Positions 35,098 to 45,368 of a stretch of DNA of 64,000 nucleotides are shown piece by piece (position 1 is the first letter of the stretch; each line of letters starts with the position of its first letter). The position numbers and the translations under genes are program-made. Source of the stretch: Desulfatiglans sp. (GTDB taxonomy: Bacteria; Desulfobacterota; DSM-4660; Desulfatiglandales; HGW-15); the NCBI GenBank assembly GCA_012513605.1, contig JAAZBV010000115.1, positions 15,227 through 79,226 of the forward strand, in the 5' to 3' direction. The notes below the pieces were generated by a model, which ran no database searches, had not been told where the DNA came from, and saw only the letters and a program-made list of their open reading frames with translations.

Positions 35098-35168
35098 GTA
35101 CCAAAGCTTAACCAATAACCTTAAATTGAAAGGCCGGGATACCACCTCATCCCGGCCTTTCGCTTTTT
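35098..35168 (+). ncRNA. Candidate ~70-nt small RNA, copy 1 (conserved 5' CCAAAGCTTA; terminator hairpin with a CACCUC loop)
   Basis: CCAAAGCTTA 35101-35110. GGCCGGGAT-accacctc-ATCCCGGCC 35132-35157, followed by tttcgcttttt. No plus-strand gene follows for 7 kb. Confidence 0.35.
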
Positions 35169-35393
35169 AATCAAGCAATTGTTCATATGTTTTTTATGTC
35201 TCCGGAATACAGGTTATAAAAGTAAGATGGCAGGCCCAATATAAAATCAGGCCTGTCGATTAGGAATTATGAAGCAGCTTTTATTATCCCTCTTTAACCT
35301 ACTCATTAACATGAATCAATGATCAACCCATCTCTTGATTGGGTCAAAGGAGATAAAAACAGTGCTACCCCCTCCTGTCTTAACCGGGTTTTG

Positions 35394-35834
35394 TTATACC
35401 TTTGGCAAGGCTGTCATGGTAAAAACCATTACAAATAAGGCAACCGTTTCAACAACGCCAATTGTCATGATATAGTTACCAAACCCCTTACCGGTTTCTG
35501 CCAGTGCGTCAGCCGCCTTTGCTCCCACCTTTCCCTGAAAAAAGGCTGACATGGCAATGGCAAGACCGGCAAACAGACCCAGCAGCATCTGATAAATATA
35601 ACTTTCAGGGGGAAGATTTGCTCCTTTAATAGCATTGCGCAATATCATGCCGTATATAGTCTGGGATAATGGGGCGCCAACAAACGCTATAAGGATAAAC
35701 GGGGCTGCCTTGTTATTCATATATGCCCTCTTCCACGCACCTACCGCTGCCATACCTGCGATACCAATGCCAAGAGCAGAACCAACAGCTGAAATTGCCA
35801 ATGAAATGCTCATATCTCCTAAGCCTGCGATCAT
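35394..35834 (-). CDS. ntpK: V-type ATPase proteolipid subunit K (4 TM)
   Basis: 146 aa. APLSQTIYGM, AFFQGKVGA and IGVVETVALF align with the E. hirae NtpK Na+-ligand positions (T64/Q65, Q110, E139) as I recall them. Confidence 0.85.
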   Translation of the reverse strand: MIAGLGDMSISLAISAVGSALGIGIAGMAAVGAWKRAYMNNKAAPFILIAFVGAPLSQTIYGMILRNAIKGANLPPESYIYQMLLGLFAGLAIAMSAFFQGKVGAKAADALAETGKGFGNYIMTIGVVETVALFVMVFTMTALPKV

Positions 35835-35897
35835 ATTGAATCTCCTTTCAAAATAAGTACTGAAAAATAAATCCTATCTCTATTTCATATAATTTCG

Positions 35898-37664
35898 TTA
35901 TTCTCTGAACGGTTCATAGGGCTTACCCGTCCACTGAACACCGACATGCCCTGAAAATTCAAGCATATTAAGCCTGACACCATGTACCAGCACCGACATG
36001 GTGCAGAGCGCTATATTGAGCGCATGACCGACAAACATAATCAAAGCGGCTACAATACCGCTTACAACACTATCTATCCCTGCCCCAACTGCCATGGTAT
36101 TAAAACTGCTTGATACAATAAACCCGGCAAACCCGACAGCAAAAAGGCGGATATAGGATACAATGTCAGAAAAAGAACCTATTACGCTCAGGGGCAGATT
36201 TGACAATGTAACAAGGATACCCTTAAAAATATTTCTCTGAAAATTGCTAAAAATAATTATAATTGCAAGCCCTACCCAGAGCAGTGTCATTGCATAGCCT
36301 GGCATATCGATCCCGAGAACCAGGTTTTTTGCCAGAAAAAAGATAAACCATAATTCACAAACCCAGCCTATCTCTCCCAGTGATGTAATATTATGCTTCC
36401 TGGCCGCTGCCATTAAATGTGCAACACTGAGATGAATAGCACCTATAATAAAAGAAAGCAGCATTACAAATGACTCTGATTCTTCACTGAAACTGTCAAG
36501 TTTATCAACGACAAAGGGGCGCAGAAATGGCAATCCGGCGAGTGTCTGTGATCCGAACCATGTGCCTGTGAGCAGACCCCATACCAGGGTTGTTCCGCTC
36601 AAAAGAAACATCAGGTTTACAAATTCACGGTTTGCCTTCTTGAACTTGATCCTCATCCAGATGGTAAGCAGCATAAAGATCAATCCGTACCCGCCGTCGC
36701 CGATTATGATGGCAAAAAATACACTGAAAAAGCCAAGAAAGATCATGCTGACATCCATTTCATCATAACCGGGGAGTGTACTCATGAACTTAAACAGGGG
36801 GTTTATCATGTTAATAAATCGGGAATTTTTAGTTAATGTGGGCACCTGGCCCGGGTCATCGGGCTCTTCGACAAAATAACCCCACCCATGGCTATCTGCC
36901 TCGCGCTGTACAGATTGAACAGCTTCATCAGGGCAAAAACCCTGTAAATAGGATATATCACCCACATCACCCATACCTGCTTTAACCCTGCTGACAACAA
37001 GATTCTTTTCAAGTTTTGTACGATAATCTGTAAGCATATCACGATAAGCTACCATTGAACCAAGCTGCCCGTTTATCTCATCACTAAGCTGTTTTAATTG
37101 ATTAATCTTTAATCGTACTTCACCCGGTTCTGTCTGTGGGATGGTATCCTGACGAAAATCAAGATGCACATCCTCTGATTGTGAGATCAATGCAAGGTGT
37201 ACTACATTATTTGAGGTGCCTGCCACCATCACCTGCATCTCATCAGGGATACGGGTTAAACCGCTTTTATCAGTAAGGTATAGTCTGATAAAAACACCAG
37301 ACTCTTTTAATGCCTGAACAGATGAATAGGATATATCTCCCCATCGTTCAAACCAGTCTGATAGCTCCTGGAATTCGTGCAATTCTCTCTGGATAGAATC
37401 TTTCTGCTGAAGCAAACCGAGGATCTTTTGAATGATCTCTCCCGGGTCATATTCCGATATCTGACCGGTATCCTGTTGCAGTTCAGGCAGCTTCAGTATA
37501 CGCTCTATATTTTCCAGGGTGGTTTCAATCTGTTGAATATCATCACTCGCCCTGTGTTCAACATCCTGTATGTGCAAAACACCCAGCTGTCTCAGGCGAA
37601 GCAGGGCTTCATCATGATGTTTGGCGCTGAAAAACAGGGTAACCTTTTTCATGGGAACGATCAT
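35898..37664 (-). CDS. ntpI: V-type ATPase subunit I (a-type membrane subunit)
   Basis: 588 aa. Soluble N-terminal half (MKKVTLFFSAKHHDEALLRLRQLGVLHI) and a polytopic C-terminal half with the conserved SYIRLFAVG motif. Confidence 0.85.
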   Translation of the reverse strand: MIVPMKKVTLFFSAKHHDEALLRLRQLGVLHIQDVEHRASDDIQQIETTLENIERILKLPELQQDTGQISEYDPGEIIQKILGLLQQKDSIQRELHEFQELSDWFERWGDISYSSVQALKESGVFIRLYLTDKSGLTRIPDEMQVMVAGTSNNVVHLALISQSEDVHLDFRQDTIPQTEPGEVRLKINQLKQLSDEINGQLGSMVAYRDMLTDYRTKLEKNLVVSRVKAGMGDVGDISYLQGFCPDEAVQSVQREADSHGWGYFVEEPDDPGQVPTLTKNSRFINMINPLFKFMSTLPGYDEMDVSMIFLGFFSVFFAIIIGDGGYGLIFMLLTIWMRIKFKKANREFVNLMFLLSGTTLVWGLLTGTWFGSQTLAGLPFLRPFVVDKLDSFSEESESFVMLLSFIIGAIHLSVAHLMAAARKHNITSLGEIGWVCELWFIFFLAKNLVLGIDMPGYAMTLLWVGLAIIIIFSNFQRNIFKGILVTLSNLPLSVIGSFSDIVSYIRLFAVGFAGFIVSSSFNTMAVGAGIDSVVSGIVAALIMFVGHALNIALCTMSVLVHGVRLNMLEFSGHVGVQWTGKPYEPFRE

Positions 37665-38275
37665 TGGTGAGCCTCCTGTTTTTTCTTGCTCTCGAGTTTG
37701 GTCTTGGCGATTTTTCCACGAACAACAGCAGCTGTCATCTGATCACCCAGGAATATCCTGATCACCCGGATATTCTCCTTTGACTCAGGGATCTTCACCT
37801 CTTCAAACAGCTTGATCCGCTGCACTGTGATACGTAACTCTTCACGGATTATTTCCTGCTGCCTGTGCAGGATATCCAGCTCGGCTATACGCCTGATCTG
37901 AGACTTTGTTACCTCAAGGGCTTTATCCACCCAGATCGGGGTGGTAAAAAAGTCATATTCATAGTCTTCAAAGATTACATCCTTAAACAGAGGAATATCA
38001 ATGCCTGCTATGTTACCTGTATCTGTAAGCACCTGTTTTACAGAGAACATGCTGTGAAGATCAATATCTTCGGCAAACACATCTGCCCAGTTCGATACCT
38101 CCTGCTCAAGCTCTTTTGCCTCTGCCTCCAGCTTCTCAACTGCACCCTGAATGGTGCGAATCTCCACAAGAAGCTGCTGTTTTTTCAATTCAAGAGTAGG
38201 CAGATACCTGGTAAATCGCTTGAGATTATCTTTCTGGAGCTTCAGCTCATTTTTTGTATATTTTATTTTTGCCAT
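37661..38275 (-). CDS. ntpD: V-type ATPase subunit D
   Basis: MAKIKYTKNELKLQKDNLKRFTRYLPTLELKKQQL... coiled-coil pattern typical of subunit D. Confidence 0.8.
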   Translation of the reverse strand: MAKIKYTKNELKLQKDNLKRFTRYLPTLELKKQQLLVEIRTIQGAVEKLEAEAKELEQEVSNWADVFAEDIDLHSMFSVKQVLTDTGNIAGIDIPLFKDVIFEDYEYDFFTTPIWVDKALEVTKSQIRRIAELDILHRQQEIIREELRITVQRIKLFEEVKIPESKENIRVIRIFLGDQMTAAVVRGKIAKTKLESKKKQEAHQ

Positions 38276-38293
38276 CTGACAGATTACCCGCCT

Positions 38294-39595
38294 TTAATTT
38301 TTAGGCCAGAACTCAGTTATCAACTCAGTTCTCATCCTTGTCTCATCCGAGGTAAAGCAGTCAGCCAAAATTTCCCAGCCTCGGTCAAGTGCCTTTTCAA
38401 GGGGTATATTTACTGTAAGATTCATCATCTGGGCCTTGAACTGTTCACCGTATTTAAGCAGCTTCTGATCCCAGTTACTCATGCGAAAACCCATTGAACG
38501 CTTTTCTTCTGTCTCTATATACTGTGCATAAAGCTGAATCATACCATCCATGATTGCGCGATGATCCTTGCGGCTGCTTTTCGGGTCATTAACCTGCTGT
38601 TTCAGGCGGCTCAATGATCCAAAGGGGTCAATAGAGCCATGGTGCAGATAGAACTGACCCTCAGTAATATAACCCGTGTTATCAGGAACAGGGTGAGTAA
38701 CATCATCGCCCGGCATTGTTGTAACAGCAAGAACCGTAATGGAACCAGCACCCTCAAAGTCAACCGCTTTTTCATAACGGGCAGCAAGCTGGCTGTAAAG
38801 GTCACCCGGATAACCACGGTTTGAAGGCACCTGTTCCATGGTTATAGCAATCTCTTTCATTGCATCAGCAAAGTTCGTCATGTCAGAGAGCAATACAAGC
38901 ACATCCTTACCTTTAAGTGCAAATTTTTCAGCTACAGCGAGCGACAGATCCGGAACCATAAGACTCTCAACTATAGGATCAGATGCTGTGTTCATAAAGA
39001 AGATTGAGCGTGACAGCGCTCCTCCCTCCTCAAGGGTACTTTTAAATTTCATATATTCATCATATTTGAGACCAATTCCGCCAAGGATGATCATATCAAC
39101 CTCTGCCTGCAGTGCTATTCTTGCAAGCAGTTCGTTGTATGGTTCGCCTGATACTGAAAAGATCGGCAGCTTCTGGGAGACTACCAGGGAGTTAAAGATA
39201 TCTATCATCGGTATATTTGTGCGTATCATGCGTTTTGGGATAATACGTTTGGCAGGATTAACACTTGGGCCTGCCACCTCGATCATGTTGTCTGCAAGCT
39301 GTGGCCCTTTATCACGCGGGTTACCTGCGCCATCAAAAATACGACCCAGCATATTGTCCGAAAATGTCACCTGCATTGGGTGTCCAAGAAAACGTATTTC
39401 ATCACTTACAGAAACCCCGCGGCTTCCGGCAAAGACCTGCAATGAGACAAGATCACCATCAAGTTTGATTACCTGTGCGAGTGATTTGCCACGCTGGGTA
39501 GTGATTTCAGCGAGTTCCTCATAGCCTACATTTGAAGCCTTAACGGTTATAACGTTACCGCTAATGCTTAGAATCTTGTTATAGACCTTTCTCAT
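38294..39595 (-). CDS. ntpB: V-type ATPase subunit B
   Basis: 433 aa with [26 protein letters not shown] and [28 protein letters not shown]. Confidence 0.9.
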   Translation of the reverse strand: MRKVYNKILSISGNVITVKASNVGYEELAEITTQRGKSLAQVIKLDGDLVSLQVFAGSRGVSVSDEIRFLGHPMQVTFSDNMLGRIFDGAGNPRDKGPQLADNMIEVAGPSVNPAKRIIPKRMIRTNIPMIDIFNSLVVSQKLPIFSVSGEPYNELLARIALQAEVDMIILGGIGLKYDEYMKFKSTLEEGGALSRSIFFMNTASDPIVESLMVPDLSLAVAEKFALKGKDVLVLLSDMTNFADAMKEIAITMEQVPSNRGYPGDLYSQLAARYEKAVDFEGAGSITVLAVTTMPGDDVTHPVPDNTGYITEGQFYLHHGSIDPFGSLSRLKQQVNDPKSSRKDHRAIMDGMIQLYAQYIETEEKRSMGFRMSNWDQKLLKYGEQFKAQMMNLTVNIPLEKALDRGWEILADCFTSDETRMRTELITEFWPKN

Positions 39596-41321
39596 TTCCG
39601 GAATTCTCCTTTATTAATGTGTCGATTGCTGTTTCCTGTGCCTTAAATTCGGACGAATCCATTGCAATGTAGTTCCAATCGATGAACAGCTGCCGCAGGC
39701 GGTTGAAGAAACCACGCGCTTTTTCCTTGTCATCCAATTGAAATTCTGTTTTCAAAACCCGGTTTACCTTATTAAACACATGTTGCTGCCTCTCTTTGCT
39801 TGTGCCGGCATCAACCTTATCAAAAGAATTCTGCTGGAGGTAAACACTGTCAAGAAATTCACCTTTCAGGTAAAGCTGAAAGTCATCATTTGAAGTTCCC
39901 TCTTCGCCAACAACCATCATCATCTGGCCAACATCATTTCCGCGCTGTAACATATCACGTGCTGCAATAATCTCACCAGGATCAACAAAGCTTCGGTATT
40001 TTGACCAGCTCTCAAGGGGATGGATTGATGGAAAGCGGCGTGCATTTGCCCTGTCACGCGATAGACCTAGAAATGCACCTACAACCTTGAGGGTTGCCTG
40101 TGTCACAGGCTCTTCAAAATTTCCACCGGCAGGGCTTACTGTACCGCCTATTGTAAGACTTCCTGATTTACCATTGTTAAGTTCCACCAGCCCCGAACGC
40201 TCATAGAACTCAGCGATCCTGGATTCAAGATAGGCCGGAAAGGCCTCCTCACCCGGTATCTCCTCGAGTCTGCCGGATAATTCTCTCATTGCCTGGGCCC
40301 AGCGGGATGTTGAGTCGGCCATCAAGAGTACATCCAGACCCATCTGACGATAGTATTCACCTAAAGTTACCGCTGTATAAACAGATGCCTCACGGGCAGC
40401 AACAGGCATCGAACTGGTATTACAGATAATGATTGTTCTATCCATCAATGTTTTACCTGTACGTGGATCTTCCAGTTCAGGGAATTCACGCAGCAGCTCG
40501 ACAACTTCACCGGCACGCTCTCCGCATGCTGCCACAATAACTATATCCACCTGGGAGTATCTGCTTAAAACATGCTGAAGAACTGTTTTACCTGCGCCAA
40601 ATGGACCGGGAACACAAAAGGTGCCACCCTTGGCAACAGGGAAAAAGGTATCTATTATACGAGCCTGGGTGACAAGGGGATCAACAGGAACAATCTTTTC
40701 TTTATAGGATTCAATGGCTATTTTAACCGGCCACCTGAAGCTCATGGTTATCTCATGAGATTTTCCCTTTTCATCCTTTATCCGGGCAATATTATCGACT
40801 ATTGTGTAATCACCGGCCTTTGCTATTTCTTCAACAATAAACTCTCCATGGAGTGTGAAGGGAACCATAATCTTATGATCAAAAATACCTTCAGGCACAG
40901 AGCCTAATGCGTCTCCGGCAATGACAATATCACCTGCCTTTACCGCAGGTGTAAACTGCCATTTCTTTGCCTCATCAAGGGGTTTGAATTCCACACCGCG
41001 TGGAAGAAAAAACCCGTACTCCTCAGCCAACTCGGGCAGCGGGTTCTGCAGGCCATCATATATCTGTTTTAACAGTCCAGGCCCGAGCTGAACCGACAGC
41101 AGCTGACCACTGAACTCTACATCATCACCAATGATAAGGCCCTTTGTACTTTCAAACACCTGTAAAAAGGCAACACCATCACCGATGCGAACAATCTCTG
41201 ACTTCAATCGTTCATTGCCTTTTATTATGTAGGCAACCTCATTCTGCATGATATTTCCATCAACAGAGACAGTTACCATATTGCCGCTGACACCAATAAT
41301 TTTTCCGGTAGTGGGTTTCAT
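39579..41321 (-). CDS. ntpA: V-type ATPase catalytic subunit A
   Basis: 580 aa. Walker [25 protein letters not shown] and [22 protein letters not shown]. Confidence 0.92.
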   Translation of the reverse strand: MKPTTGKIIGVSGNMVTVSVDGNIMQNEVAYIIKGNERLKSEIVRIGDGVAFLQVFESTKGLIIGDDVEFSGQLLSVQLGPGLLKQIYDGLQNPLPELAEEYGFFLPRGVEFKPLDEAKKWQFTPAVKAGDIVIAGDALGSVPEGIFDHKIMVPFTLHGEFIVEEIAKAGDYTIVDNIARIKDEKGKSHEITMSFRWPVKIAIESYKEKIVPVDPLVTQARIIDTFFPVAKGGTFCVPGPFGAGKTVLQHVLSRYSQVDIVIVAACGERAGEVVELLREFPELEDPRTGKTLMDRTIIICNTSSMPVAAREASVYTAVTLGEYYRQMGLDVLLMADSTSRWAQAMRELSGRLEEIPGEEAFPAYLESRIAEFYERSGLVELNNGKSGSLTIGGTVSPAGGNFEEPVTQATLKVVGAFLGLSRDRANARRFPSIHPLESWSKYRSFVDPGEIIAARDMLQRGNDVGQMMMVVGEEGTSNDDFQLYLKGEFLDSVYLQQNSFDKVDAGTSKERQQHVFNKVNRVLKTEFQLDDKEKARGFFNRLRQLFIDWNYIAMDSSEFKAQETAIDTLIKENSGNEKGL

Positions 41322-41818
41322 GATCTTACCTCGTGATATAACATTTGGAATCTTAGTAGTCCTTTTTCTTTTTCAAAAGTAAAATATCTTTGCAACAGAA
41401 GTAATTTCAGGAGATATATAACTATGGTTGTAAAATCGAAATGATGCTCCCGCTCCATTTCATCCAGAAACTGCCAGCGCAAATCCATGAATCGCAATTC
41501 AACATCAAGGGGATTGCCCTCCTTGATGGCTGACAGGGGAAAACTGGAAGGCTTGTATTCGATGTCTTTATGCTGGGCCTCGCGAAATGCCGCAATGTCT
41601 GTGCGAAGATCATTTTCAAAGTTTTTGTATCTTTTCACGTCAGCCGGTTCGCCCCTGTTAATGGCTACTGATTGCAGATCAAGTGAACAGAGCATTTCAA
41701 AATCAGCAGGATCAAGCCATTTTTCAGCTTCATTCATAAAGCGGTCAATGGTAATTTCAGGCTCTTTCCTGAAAAACAGCGTTGGCAGTTGGGCTATAAA
41801 ATAGTAGTATTTATCCAT
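41318..41818 (-). CDS. DUF2764 protein (V-ATPase accessory subunit, probable C/d equivalent of Bacteroidetes-type operons)
   Basis: MDKYYYFIAQLPTLFF... The position between E and A matches the E-DUF2764-A-B-D-I-K order I recall from Bacteroides/Porphyromonas. Confidence 0.65.
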   Translation of the reverse strand: MDKYYYFIAQLPTLFFRKEPEITIDRFMNEAEKWLDPADFEMLCSLDLQSVAINRGEPADVKRYKNFENDLRTDIAAFREAQHKDIEYKPSSFPLSAIKEGNPLDVELRFMDLRWQFLDEMEREHHFDFTTIVIYLLKLLLLQRYFTFEKEKGLLRFQMLYHEVRS

Positions 41819-41820
41819 CC

Positions 41821-42414
41821 TTATTTATCCAGTATAGATTTCAGATTAGGGTTTACGAGTGACTTCAGCAGATCGGAAATCGCCCCGTCGGAAAAATCAT
41901 AATAGACATCCGTCCCCTTTAAACCTATACGGAAACCACTGGTAATATCGGCTCCAACCTTGAGTGTGATCCCTTTTTTAAGATCGGTTTTTATGCCATT
42001 AAAGAGAAGGGCTTCAAGTTGCTTTTTATCAGCATCGCCCAGAATTACCTCTTTTTCACTGTCTTTAGCCCAGGTCTCAACAATTTTAAGGATCATCTCT
42101 TTCATCAGGTCTGGTGTGAGTTTTTCACCAACCTCACGTTTGAAAACCGCATCAAACAACCTGTTGAATCTTTCCTTGAGCAGTAATTCTGCATTACGGA
42201 CAGACTGTTTTAAATCGGCCTCAGCGGTTGCACGGAATTGATCAACCTTGCTCTGTCCTTCATTAATTACCTTCAGGGCCTCCTTGCCGGCATCCTCAAT
42301 AATCCCTGCTGCCTTCTGATTTGCCTCTTTTACAATCTGCTCGGCCCTGTTTTCCGCCTCTTCTATCCCCTCTTTCCTGATCTTCTCAATAAGGCTATCC
42401 AACTTGACATCCAT
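41821..42414 (-). CDS. ntpE: V-type ATPase subunit E
   Basis: MDVKLDSLIEKIRKEGIEEAENRAEQIVKEANQKA... I prefer ATG 42414 with a GGGAGGA RBS over ATG 42429. Confidence 0.8.
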   Translation of the reverse strand: MDVKLDSLIEKIRKEGIEEAENRAEQIVKEANQKAAGIIEDAGKEALKVINEGQSKVDQFRATAEADLKQSVRNAELLLKERFNRLFDAVFKREVGEKLTPDLMKEMILKIVETWAKDSEKEVILGDADKKQLEALLFNGIKTDLKKGITLKVGADITSGFRIGLKGTDVYYDFSDGAISDLLKSLVNPNLKSILDK

Positions 42415-42839
42415 CAGAAATCCTCCCATTTAACCCGGTGTGGAATTAAGAGTCCTTTCCGGGTGGTTTTTAGGAATAAAGCTATTTTCCTGGTAATGCT
42501 CTTTTCAGTTCTCCCTGCAACAATTAGATTTTAAAATTTTAGGGGATTATATGATGTGGTCATATTTAGGTCAAGAAGAAACGGAATGCAAACTATTTTA
42601 ATTATTTTTACCTTTTCTATAATAGCAAACTCTTAACATGGGTTAAAGTAACATATCAGTGCATACTTACCAACTATATATCATATTAATTGGCAGTTAT
42701 TATTACTTTCTATGCAGCAGTTTATAGATTTGATTATTGCAATATGGTCTGCTATATAACAAGGTGTCTATTTAATCAGATGCGAAATGATATTATTTAA
42801 AGCTATGAAATATTATCAATATACTTGGGGAAAAAAGAA

Positions 42840-43643
42840 ATGATCAATTCTAACTCTGTTATAGTGCCATTTACCAGCCTTGGCAGATATACCTTATTTA
42901 TACTGCAGGAGATGGGCAGGAGTGGCACTTTCTTTTTCAGGGGTTTCTACAGTATTTTTACATTCCCCTTTCAATTTTCAAAGATTATACAGCAGATATA
43001 TTTTATAGGTCTTAAATCAGTATTTGTAATCTGCCTGACAGGGGCCTTCACTGGCATGGTGCTCGGGCTCCAGGGATATTATACCCTCTCAAAATTCGGT
43101 TCAGAGGGGCTCCTTGGAGCTGCTGTTGCACTCTCTTTGATCCGCGAGCTGGGGCCTGTGCTTACCGCTATTATGATAATAGGACGTGCAGGGTCAGCCA
43201 TTGCTGCAGAGATAGGCATAATGAGGATCTCCGAACAGATAGATGCACTTGACACAATGGATATTGACCCAGTAAGGTTTCTTGTAAGCCCCAGGATCGC
43301 TGCCTCCCTTATATCATTCCCTCTGCTTACTGCTATGTTCAATGTGATCGGAATATGGGGAGGATATCTCACTGGTTCCATCTTGCTGGGTTTGAATAAG
43401 GGGGTTTATTTTTCAAGGGTGCAATCGGGGATATCCATGGATGATCTGACCGGATGCGGCATTAAATCCATTGTATTCTCCATCATTGTTGCAACAATAT
43501 GCTGCTACCAGGGTTACTACACCCATACTAGAAAAGAGGGTCACGGGGCAAAGGGGGTAGGTTTTGCGACAACATCCGCTGTAGTGATATCCTGTGTCCT
43601 TGTCCTTGTTTCCGACTATATCATGACATCGTTACTGCTGTAA
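42840..43643 (+). CDS. mlaE: MlaE-type ABC transporter permease
   Basis: GRSGTFFFRGF...QQIYFIGLKS...RELGPVLTAIMIIGRAGSAIAAEIGIMRISEQIDAL. Confidence 0.85.
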   Translation: MINSNSVIVPFTSLGRYTLFILQEMGRSGTFFFRGFYSIFTFPFQFSKIIQQIYFIGLKSVFVICLTGAFTGMVLGLQGYYTLSKFGSEGLLGAAVALSLIRELGPVLTAIMIIGRAGSAIAAEIGIMRISEQIDALDTMDIDPVRFLVSPRIAASLISFPLLTAMFNVIGIWGGYLTGSILLGLNKGVYFSRVQSGISMDDLTGCGIKSIVFSIIVATICCYQGYYTHTRKEGHGAKGVGFATTSAVVISCVLVLVSDYIMTSLLL

Positions 43644-43672
43644 TAATGGCCCCTGAAAAGTTATGAGGGAAT

Positions 43673-44896
43673 ATGGAATATAATCATCTTATAGAGTTCA
43701 GAAATATCACAAAAAGTTTTGGCAATCAGGTGGTGCTGAACAATGTTAACCTAACCATAGACAGAGGCGAGATCACTACCATTATCGGCATGAGCGGTGT
43801 TGGTAAATCTGTGCTTCTCAAGCATATAATAGGGTTGATCAACCCTGATTCGGGTGAAATCCTTTTTCAGGGAAGAGATATCGCAAAACTACCCCGCAGA
43901 GAAAAGAGTCAATTAAAAAAGAAATTCAGCTATATGTTCCAGGGCACTGCATTATTTGATTCCATGACTGTTTATGAAAATATTGCCCTTCCCCTTATGG
44001 AAAAAAACCTTTTATCCCAAAATGCGATACAGAGATTGGTTCTCGATAAAATGGAGCAGCTAGATATCGGAACCATGGCAAATAAATACCCCTCAGAGCT
44101 TTCAGGAGGAATGAAAAAACGGGTAGCGCTTGCGAGATCACTTGTTACAGACCCTGAAATTGTACTTTTTGATGAGCCTACTACCGGCCTTGACCCTATA
44201 AGAAGAAACGCAGTGCACAGTATGATATCAGAATATCAGAAAAAGCTGGGCTTTACGGGAATAATTGTAAGCCATGAAATTCCTGAGATATTCTATATAT
44301 CCCAGAAAATTGTTATGCTCCACGAAGGCGGGATTATCTTCCAGGGTTCAGCTGAAGCACTCCATGAGACTAATGCCACAGTCGTGAAACAGTTTATTAA
44401 TGGCCTTGAGAACCGACATGATTCTCTAACCGGGTTGCTTCCTCAGCCCAGAGGAGAGGAGAGGCTAAGGGAAGAGCTTGCACGGTTTAAAAGACACAAT
44501 TATGTTTTTTCAATAATAGTGTTCAGGATCAAAGATCTGGATAATATCAATAAAAATGCCGGGCATGTTGCAGGGCAGGAACTTCTCAGGCGTTTTGCAG
44601 AAGAACTCAGAAGCCATCTAAGGCTAACCGATGTATGTTTCAGATACAGCATGAATAAAATAATAACCATACTGCCGGATACCGGTCTTGAACAGGCCCG
44701 CCAGACATGCAGAAAACTTTCAAAAAAGATAGACAAAATGAAAATAACAGAAATAGTGAGTGGGTCAGCTCTTGAATGTTCAATCAATGTAGGTTTTGCC
44801 GAGGCAAAAAAAGACCTCCAGTTTGAACACATAATAAGAGAAGCTGAATCAAACATAGAAGATACCTGTTTTTTAAGTGGAATGGAGGAACAATGA
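43673..44896 (+). CDS. mlaF: MlaF-type ABC ATPase fused to a C-terminal degenerate GGDEF domain
   Basis: Walker A GMSGVGKS, signature LSGGMKKR, Walker B VLFDEPTTGLD. From residue ~250: DSLTGLL...FSIIVFRIKDLDNINKNAGHVAGQELLRRFAEEL...DVCFRYSMNKIITIL. This fits the GGDEF fold, with SMNKI (nt 44648-44662) in place of GGDEF. Confidence 0.8.
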   Translation: MEYNHLIEFRNITKSFGNQVVLNNVNLTIDRGEITTIIGMSGVGKSVLLKHIIGLINPDSGEILFQGRDIAKLPRREKSQLKKKFSYMFQGTALFDSMTVYENIALPLMEKNLLSQNAIQRLVLDKMEQLDIGTMANKYPSELSGGMKKRVALARSLVTDPEIVLFDEPTTGLDPIRRNAVHSMISEYQKKLGFTGIIVSHEIPEIFYISQKIVMLHEGGIIFQGSAEALHETNATVVKQFINGLENRHDSLTGLLPQPRGEERLREELARFKRHNYVFSIIVFRIKDLDNINKNAGHVAGQELLRRFAEELRSHLRLTDVCFRYSMNKIITILPDTGLEQARQTCRKLSKKIDKMKITEIVSGSALECSINVGFAEAKKDLQFEHIIREAESNIEDTCFLSGMEEQ

Positions 44897-45342
44897 AAAA
44901 ATCATCGATAGAGACTTCAGTTGGAATTTTTATGTTTATCGGTATTATCTGTGTCGGATACCTGACTGTTCATCTTGGAAACATAGATTTGTTCAGGTCT
45001 GACCATTACCAGTTGCGGGCCCGTTTCCAGTCTGTTTCCGGTCTTAAGGCAGGCTCTTCAGTCGAAATCGCAGGGGTGCAGATAGGCTATATAGCAGCCA
45101 TATCACTGGATCATGAGAAAAAACTGGCGAACGTAATCCTGAATATCAAAAATGATGTTCAGCTGGAGGAGGATGCAATCGCTTCAGTTAAAACATCCGG
45201 ACTTATCGGTGATAAATATATTATGATTTCGCCCGGTGGTTCCGATGAAATATTAAGGCATGGAGATATGATACTTGAAACAGAATCGGCTGTTGATCTG
45301 GAAGACCTGATCAGCAAATATCTGTTTGGCGATGCAAAATAA
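44893..45342 (+). CDS. mlaD: MlaD (MCE domain) substrate-binding component
   Basis: ATGA overlap with mlaF. N-terminal TM helix, then FQSVSGLKAGSSVEIAGVQIGYI and SGLIGDKYIMISPG. Confidence 0.85.
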   Translation: MKKSSIETSVGIFMFIGIICVGYLTVHLGNIDLFRSDHYQLRARFQSVSGLKAGSSVEIAGVQIGYIAAISLDHEKKLANVILNIKNDVQLEEDAIASVKTSGLIGDKYIMISPGGSDEILRHGDMILETESAVDLEDLISKYLFGDAK

Positions 45343-45368
45343 AATAAACGAAACCATCGGAGACCAAT

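Noticed and set aside
37865-39524. 210-aa and 228-aa plus-strand ORFs inside the V-ATPase D and B genes
   Set aside because: They are antisense to genes with unmistakable V-ATPase signatures, have no family resemblance and are Ser/Leu/Ile-rich shadow translations.
31284-42429. Genomic island integrated at selC
   Set aside because: I could not find an integrase, recombinase or direct repeat of the tRNA 3' end. The gene content is heterogeneous, but that alone is not evidence. I kept it only as a low-interest possibility.
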